A stretch of DNA of 16,836 bases. Origin: an archaeon. Lineage in GTDB: Archaea > Iainarchaeota > Iainarchaeia > Iainarchaeales > Iainarchaeaceae. The stretch lies in the NCBI GenBank assembly GCA_038046625.1, contig JBBSVV010000041.1:21424-38259 (forward strand), written 5' to 3'. Made by a program: the position numbers and the translations under genes. The notes under the pieces were generated by a model, which was not told where the DNA came from, made no database searches, and worked only from the letters and a program-made list of their open reading frames with translations. Below are positions 12,979-16,836 of this stretch, piece after piece (within the stretch, counting starts at the first letter, position 1; each line of letters begins with the position of its first letter).

Positions 12979-14196
12979 ATTCTTTTCAAGTATTTCAAGC
13001 CCCGGCAATGGTTCCCCTGAAAGGAACTGCAGGAGCGCTTTTCCCGCGAGTGAAACGAAACTAAAGTCCTGCGCAACCAAACCAAAAGAAGTCAAAGCCT
13101 TTTCCGTGTCACCGCCTCCGATGATTGAGTAACAACGATGGAATGCGATTGCTTCCAAAACTTTTTTGGTGCCTACTGCAAAGGCCTTCTTTTCATACAC
13201 CCCCATGGGGCCATTGAAAACAACAACACTGGCGCCCCTAATATGCTCTTTGAAGAGTTCGCTTGTTTCCCTTCCAATGTCCATTGTGTCGAATTTTGAC
13301 GGCAATTCTTTCAACTGGGCTTCTTTTCTCTTGCCGCTATCCCTGGGTTCCTCAATCCCGAAGTCTTTTGCAAGGATAAGTTTTGCGCTGTGCTTTTTGA
13401 GTATTTCCCTTGCCTTGGGCAAGAGCTTGTCAAAGCCCTTTTCCCTGAAGAATTTTTCCTTTGCCCCGAAATCAACGCCCTGCGCCTTCAAAAAAAGTTC
13501 CCCGAACAGGCCTCCAACACATGCCTTGTTGCACAAATTGTTATCCAGCATGCCCTCAAGTAGCGATACCGAATCCGATAATTTTGCCCCGCCCAAAACA
13601 ACGAGCCTGTTTCCGCTGCCCTTGCCGTTCAGTTTATCGAGTGCCTCGAGTTCCCTCTGCAATTGGGGGCCCACCACACAAGGCATGTATTTTTTGAACC
13701 CAACAACTGATGAGTGCGGCCTGTGGCAAACGCTTAGGGCATCCTGCACGAACAGGTCTCCGAGTGGCCCGAGCTTTTTTATTACGGGGTCGTTCGCGTG
13801 CTCTTCCGGTGTTTTATCTTCCTGCTCTTCCTTTATGAAGCGAGTGTTGTCCAAAACAACAATGTCGCCGTTCTCCATGTTTTTTATTTCCGAAACATAA
13901 TCCGCTTCCCACTTCACGAACTTAACAGGCCTGTCAACGAACTTTTTTATGAAATCCGCGTGCCTCTTGAGTTCGATGAATTCCTCTTCGCCCGGCCTGC
14001 CCTGGTGCGAGAGCACAACAACTTTTGCTCCCTCCTCACTCAAAGCATAAATGGTTTTCGAGTGCTCGCGCAGCCTCGAAGAAATTACAACCCTGCCTTC
14101 AACAACGGAGCTGTTCAAATCGGCCCTCAGGAAAACCGTTTTTCCCTTCAAGGGGTAATCGAAAACATTTTTGTATTCCACTTTTGCCCACCGCAT
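12958..14196 (-). CDS. pgk: Phosphoglycerate kinase (archaeal type)
   Basis: RADLNS, SHQGRPG, DNTRF, HR, LGGAKLSD, DIG, NGPMGVYE, GGGDT, LPGLE. An alternative GTG start lies at 14181. Confidence 0.95.
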   Translation of the reverse strand: MRWAKVEYKNVFDYPLKGKTVFLRADLNSSVVEGRVVISSRLREHSKTIYALSEEGAKVVVLSHQGRPGEEEFIELKRHADFIKKFVDRPVKFVKWEADYVSEIKNMENGDIVVLDNTRFIKEEQEDKTPEEHANDPVIKKLGPLGDLFVQDALSVCHRPHSSVVGFKKYMPCVVGPQLQRELEALDKLNGKGSGNRLVVLGGAKLSDSVSLLEGMLDNNLCNKACVGGLFGELFLKAQGVDFGAKEKFFREKGFDKLLPKAREILKKHSAKLILAKDFGIEEPRDSGKRKEAQLKELPSKFDTMDIGRETSELFKEHIRGASVVVFNGPMGVYEKKAFAVGTKKVLEAIAFHRCYSIIGGGDTEKALTSFGLVAQDFSFVSLAGKALLQFLSGEPLPGLEILEKNYSKPIK

Positions 14197-14243
14197 TGAT
14201 TATGCGGGCTAATTAATAAATATATAATTGCTCTAGTCTTTAC

Positions 14244-15005
14244 ATGCCGTTGGTCGACCTGAAGGGGAAAATTGGCCTGCCTTTGAAACTGAACGGCTCA
14301 AAGCTCGTTTTCGGCAAAGGAATGAAGGAAACTGCAGTTGACACAAGGGTACGCGAAAGGATGCTTCCCGTGCTCAAAAACCCCTCTTCTTCCGCACCAA
14401 GCGGGTTCTATTACATGTACCGCGATGTTTGCCTTGAAAAGGATCGCGCAAAAATAAGGGCAAACAACCTGCGCTTTGACATCACAATCCTCCCCCCATT
14501 CAAGGTCGGGGACGAGTACAACAAAACTTTTGGGCATTTCCACCCAAAAGTGCAGGGTACAAACACTTGGTACCCCGAGCTTTACGAGGTAGTTCACGGC
14601 CACGCCCACTATCTATTGCAGAACGGTTCCGAATTTTTGGTTTTCGATGCGAGGCCGGGAGATAAATGTTTGATGATTCCCGGTTTTGCGCATATTACAG
14701 TGAATCCCTCGCTTTCCGAAACCCTTGTAATGGCGAACTGGGTTTACCCGGGCTTCAATTCCGATTACGCGCCGATTGAAAAAAACGGCGGCGCGGAGTG
14801 GTTCGAAACAACCCAAGGTTTTGTTCCGAACACAAAATATTCAAAAAATACGCCCGTGAAAATAATTTCTCCGCGCGAATTCAGCGAATTCGGAATCACG
14901 AAAAAGCCCATGTACCCCGAGGCAATGAAGGCGCCGAAGAAATTTGCGTGGCTTTCCAAGCCGCAGGATTTTTCTTCCAAATTTTCCAAATACCTGACGC
15001 AATAA
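14244..15005 (+). CDS. pgi: Cupin-type glucose-6-phosphate isomerase family protein
   Basis: YYMYRD, LRFDITILPP, KTFGHFH, PELYEV..G, PGFAHITVN, with cupin metal ligands H-H-E-H. Divergent from pgk across a 47-nt AT-rich spacer. Confidence 0.85.
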   Translation: MPLVDLKGKIGLPLKLNGSKLVFGKGMKETAVDTRVRERMLPVLKNPSSSAPSGFYYMYRDVCLEKDRAKIRANNLRFDITILPPFKVGDEYNKTFGHFHPKVQGTNTWYPELYEVVHGHAHYLLQNGSEFLVFDARPGDKCLMIPGFAHITVNPSLSETLVMANWVYPGFNSDYAPIEKNGGAEWFETTQGFVPNTKYSKNTPVKIISPREFSEFGITKKPMYPEAMKAPKKFAWLSKPQDFSSKFSKYLTQ

Positions 15006-15021
15006 ATGCTCAATTGCTTAT

Positions 15022-15156
15022 TTGGCAATCTTTAATAAGTTCGGGAAACAACCCGGGAAATACTATTTTCAGAAAAAGTTTTCCGCAGGCAAAATAGAGG
15101 TAGTATGTGAGAAAACTGGCAATAATTTAAAAGTAATAACGGTGTATTGGTGTTGA
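15022..15156 (+). pseudogene. 5'-truncated DUF4258-like (RelE/BrnT-fold) toxin relic
   Basis: Frame 1 reads ...GKYYFQKKFSAGKIEVVCEKTGNNLKVITVYWC*, ending 1 nt before the DUF2283 ATG. An in-frame stop at 14995-14997 leaves no room for the HA..R...R N-terminal half. Confidence 0.6.
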
Positions 15157-15157
15157 T

Positions 15158-15376
15158 ATGGATATAAGCTACGACAAGGAAGCTGATGCTCTTTACATAC
15201 GCTTCAGGAAAAAAGGGGCATTTTCAAAAAACAAAAAAATAGATCGGTCTACAATTGCGGACTTGGATGAAAACGGAAATGTTTTGGGAATAGAGCTTTT
15301 GGATGTCAGTAAGAGGTTCCCGGCTAAAGCAATTTCCGAGATTAACGTGAAAAACCTTGTTGTGACGGCAAAATAG
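15158..15376 (+). CDS. DUF2283-family protein (putative antitoxin)
   Basis: ISYDKEADALYIRF...IADLDENGNVLGIELLDVSK signature. 72 aa. Confidence 0.88.
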   Translation: MDISYDKEADALYIRFRKKGAFSKNKKIDRSTIADLDENGNVLGIELLDVSKRFPAKAISEINVKNLVVTAK

Positions 15377-15389
15377 ATGTTAAAACTTT

Positions 15390-16379
15390 TCAAATTTTCA
15401 GCTGCTTCACCAAATCAACGCAGCGCTGCGAGTATCCAAGCTCATTGTCATACCACGCAACCACTTGAACCAAATTTCCGCCGATTACTTTTGTGAGCTG
15501 CGAATCAAAAATGCTTGAGGCCTTGTTTCCGATGATGTCGCTTGAAACAAGGGGCTCGTCAGAGTATTCCAGGATTCCGCGGAGTTTTCCTTTCGAGGCC
15601 TCGTACATCGCCATGTTGATTTCCTTTACACTAGTTTCCTTTTCAAGCTCGGCCGTCACTTCAAGCAGCGAACCATCAGCCACAGGAACCCTGATTGCTT
15701 TTCCATCAATCCTTCCCTTCAAAGCAGGCATGACTTTTCCCGTTGCCTCGGAGGCTCCGCTCGTGGTTGGTATGATGTTCAGCGCCGCCGATCTCGCACG
15801 CCTCTCATCCTTGTGCGTTCCGTCAATAAGGTTCTGGTCTGCTGTGTAAGCGTGAATGGTTGTCATGAATGCCCTTTTGATTCCGAATTTTTCCTGCAGA
15901 ACCTTCATTACCGGCATTAAGCAGTTCGTTGTGCAGGAAGCATTGTCAATTATGTCCGCGCTCTTCTGCATGTTTGCCGTGTTCACGCCGAGCACGTAGC
16001 TCTCAATGTCGCCTTTTGCGGGCGCGGATATGATTACTTTTTTTGCGCCCGCTTTCAAATGCCCGCCTGCATCGTCCTTTCCGCGGAAAACGCCCGTGCT
16101 TTCAATAACCACATCAACGCCCAATTGTTTCCAGGGCAATTCTTCCGGCTTTACGCGTTGTGAAAGCACTTTCACTTTCTTTCCGTCAACAATGAGGTTG
16201 TCTCCCTGTGCCTCTATTGTTCCCACGAATTTCCCGTGCACTGAATCGTATTTGAACAAATGCAGCGCGCTGTTTATTCCGTCAGGGTGGTTGATTACCC
16301 ATTCAATGTTTTTCTCATTTATCCCGCACCTCAGAATAAGCCTTCCAATCCTTCCAAAACCGTTGATTGCAACCTTCAA
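15390..16379 (-). CDS. gap: Class I (bacterial-type) glyceraldehyde-3-phosphate dehydrogenase (329 aa)
   Basis: KVAINGFGRIGR, YDSVHG, ESTG, ASCTTNC, HAYT, NIIPTTSGA, RVP, WYDNE. TTG start at 16379 with GGAGGGG RBS (16386-16392). Confidence 0.96.
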   Translation of the reverse strand: MKVAINGFGRIGRLILRCGINEKNIEWVINHPDGINSALHLFKYDSVHGKFVGTIEAQGDNLIVDGKKVKVLSQRVKPEELPWKQLGVDVVIESTGVFRGKDDAGGHLKAGAKKVIISAPAKGDIESYVLGVNTANMQKSADIIDNASCTTNCLMPVMKVLQEKFGIKRAFMTTIHAYTADQNLIDGTHKDERRARSAALNIIPTTSGASEATGKVMPALKGRIDGKAIRVPVADGSLLEVTAELEKETSVKEINMAMYEASKGKLRGILEYSDEPLVSSDIIGNKASSIFDSQLTKVIGGNLVQVVAWYDNELGYSQRCVDLVKQLKI

Positions 16380-16405
16380 GCCAAACCCCTCCAAAATGAT
16401 GAAAC

Positions 16406-16497
16406 TATAGCAAACCACGAAAGTTTTTCGGCATTTATGGTGGTTTGCTAGATAGCAGACCAAAAATGCCGCCAAAATATTTTATTGGTCTGCTATA
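16406..16497. mobile_element. Twin-hairpin MITE-like repeat, copy B (92 bp)
   Basis: TATAGCAAACCAC...GTGGTTTGCTA-GA-TAGCAGACCAA...TTGGTCTGCTATA, giving two 11-bp stems. Direct repeat of copy A, immediately upstream of the gap RBS. Mobility is inferred. Confidence 0.65.
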
Positions 16498-16520
16498 ATA
16501 TGAATAAAGAAAATTTAAAC

Positions 16521-16550
16521 GTTGGGCTTGCCCGGCAGGGGGGGCCCAGC
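16521..16550. terminator. GC-rich hairpin directly after the stop codon of the last gene
   Basis: GTTGGGCTTGCCC-GGCA-GGGGGGGCCCAGC is an imperfect stem. On the minus strand it is followed by T-rich TTTAAATTTTCTTT. Confidence 0.4.
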
Positions 16551-16551
16551 A

Positions 16552-16836
16552 TCAGGATTTTATCACGCGCACGTTGTCGAAGGAAGTGGTTACGGGATTG
16601 TGCGCGTCATTATAGCCGATGCCCATGGCAACATGGACTTTGCTGACTGCTTGCGGAACAACAAAAGTGACTGTCTTTTTGGCCCACTCGCTTTCCCAGC
16701 CTTCAATAAAGCTTTGGTGATTGTAGTCATCGCTTGCAATCCCTGCATAGTAAGTGTTTCCGGAAGTTCCGGACTTTCCAAGGAAAGTCAAAGTTACAGT
16801 GTTTCCGGGGGAAACGTCAATGCTGTTGGAGTAAAT
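16552..16836 (-). CDS. 3' end of a protein with a CBM4/9-like beta-sandwich (partial, enters from right edge)
   Basis: Frame is open from 16836: IDVSPGNTVTLTFLGKS...SEWAKKTVTFVVP...TSFDNVRV*. The V.PG, W...T.TF and FDNV pattern is typical of carbohydrate-binding jelly-roll modules. Confidence 0.6.
   Translation of the reverse strand: MYSNSIDVSPGNTVTLTFLGKSGTSGNTYYAGIASDDYNHQSFIEGWESEWAKKTVTFVVPQAVSKVHVAMGIGYNDAHNPVTTSFDNVRVIKS

Noticed and set aside
13166..13900. Long antisense ORFs (e.g. 244 aa opposite pgk; others opposite gap, nadE, bofA and the aldo/keto reductase)
   Set aside because: These are shadow frames of well-supported genes with no motifs of their own.
12840..16457. Diversity-generating retroelement TR/VR pair
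   Set aside because: The differences are compensatory stem changes and are not confined to adenines of one copy. The matching halves are non-coding and no reverse transcriptase is present.
16380..16475. 32-aa N-terminal extension of GAPDH given by the ORF track
   Set aside because: It is mostly translated repeat copy B. Homology and a strong RBS place the start at TTG 16379.

Overview
This is a gene-dense archaeal chromosomal window. The evidence is TATA/BRE-type promoters about 25-30 nt before start codons, GGTGA/GGAGG ribosome-binding sites, an archaeal-type PGK, a cupin PGI and a tRNA without encoded CCA. A DPANN-like lineage is an inference only. Recognisable genes are a HAD hydrolase, nadE, a three-Cys ferredoxin, an HxlR-family regulator, a BofA-family membrane protein, a free-standing HTH-LAGLIDADG endonuclease abutting tRNA-Gly(CCC), thioredoxin, an aldo/keto reductase, two paralogous lipoproteins, pgk, pgi, a DUF2283 protein and a bacterial-type (class I) GAPDH. 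Several signals lie outside the ORF track. (1) Two directly oriented copies of a ~92-bp twin-hairpin TATAGCA...TGCTATA element with compensatory base changes bracket the pgk-pgi-gap block. One copy supplies the pgk stop codon and carries a precise insertion of two 23-nt hairpins. (2) Two paralogous microproteins of 43 and 53 aa share MxWxxFV...VPRIKxSS...RR and sit next to redox genes. (3) A four-copy 43-47-bp hairpin array lies between hxlR and the ferredoxin. (4) There is a 39-aa zinc-ribbon ORF and a truncated DUF4258-like toxin relic. All family assignments come from reading motifs by eye; no database searches were run.
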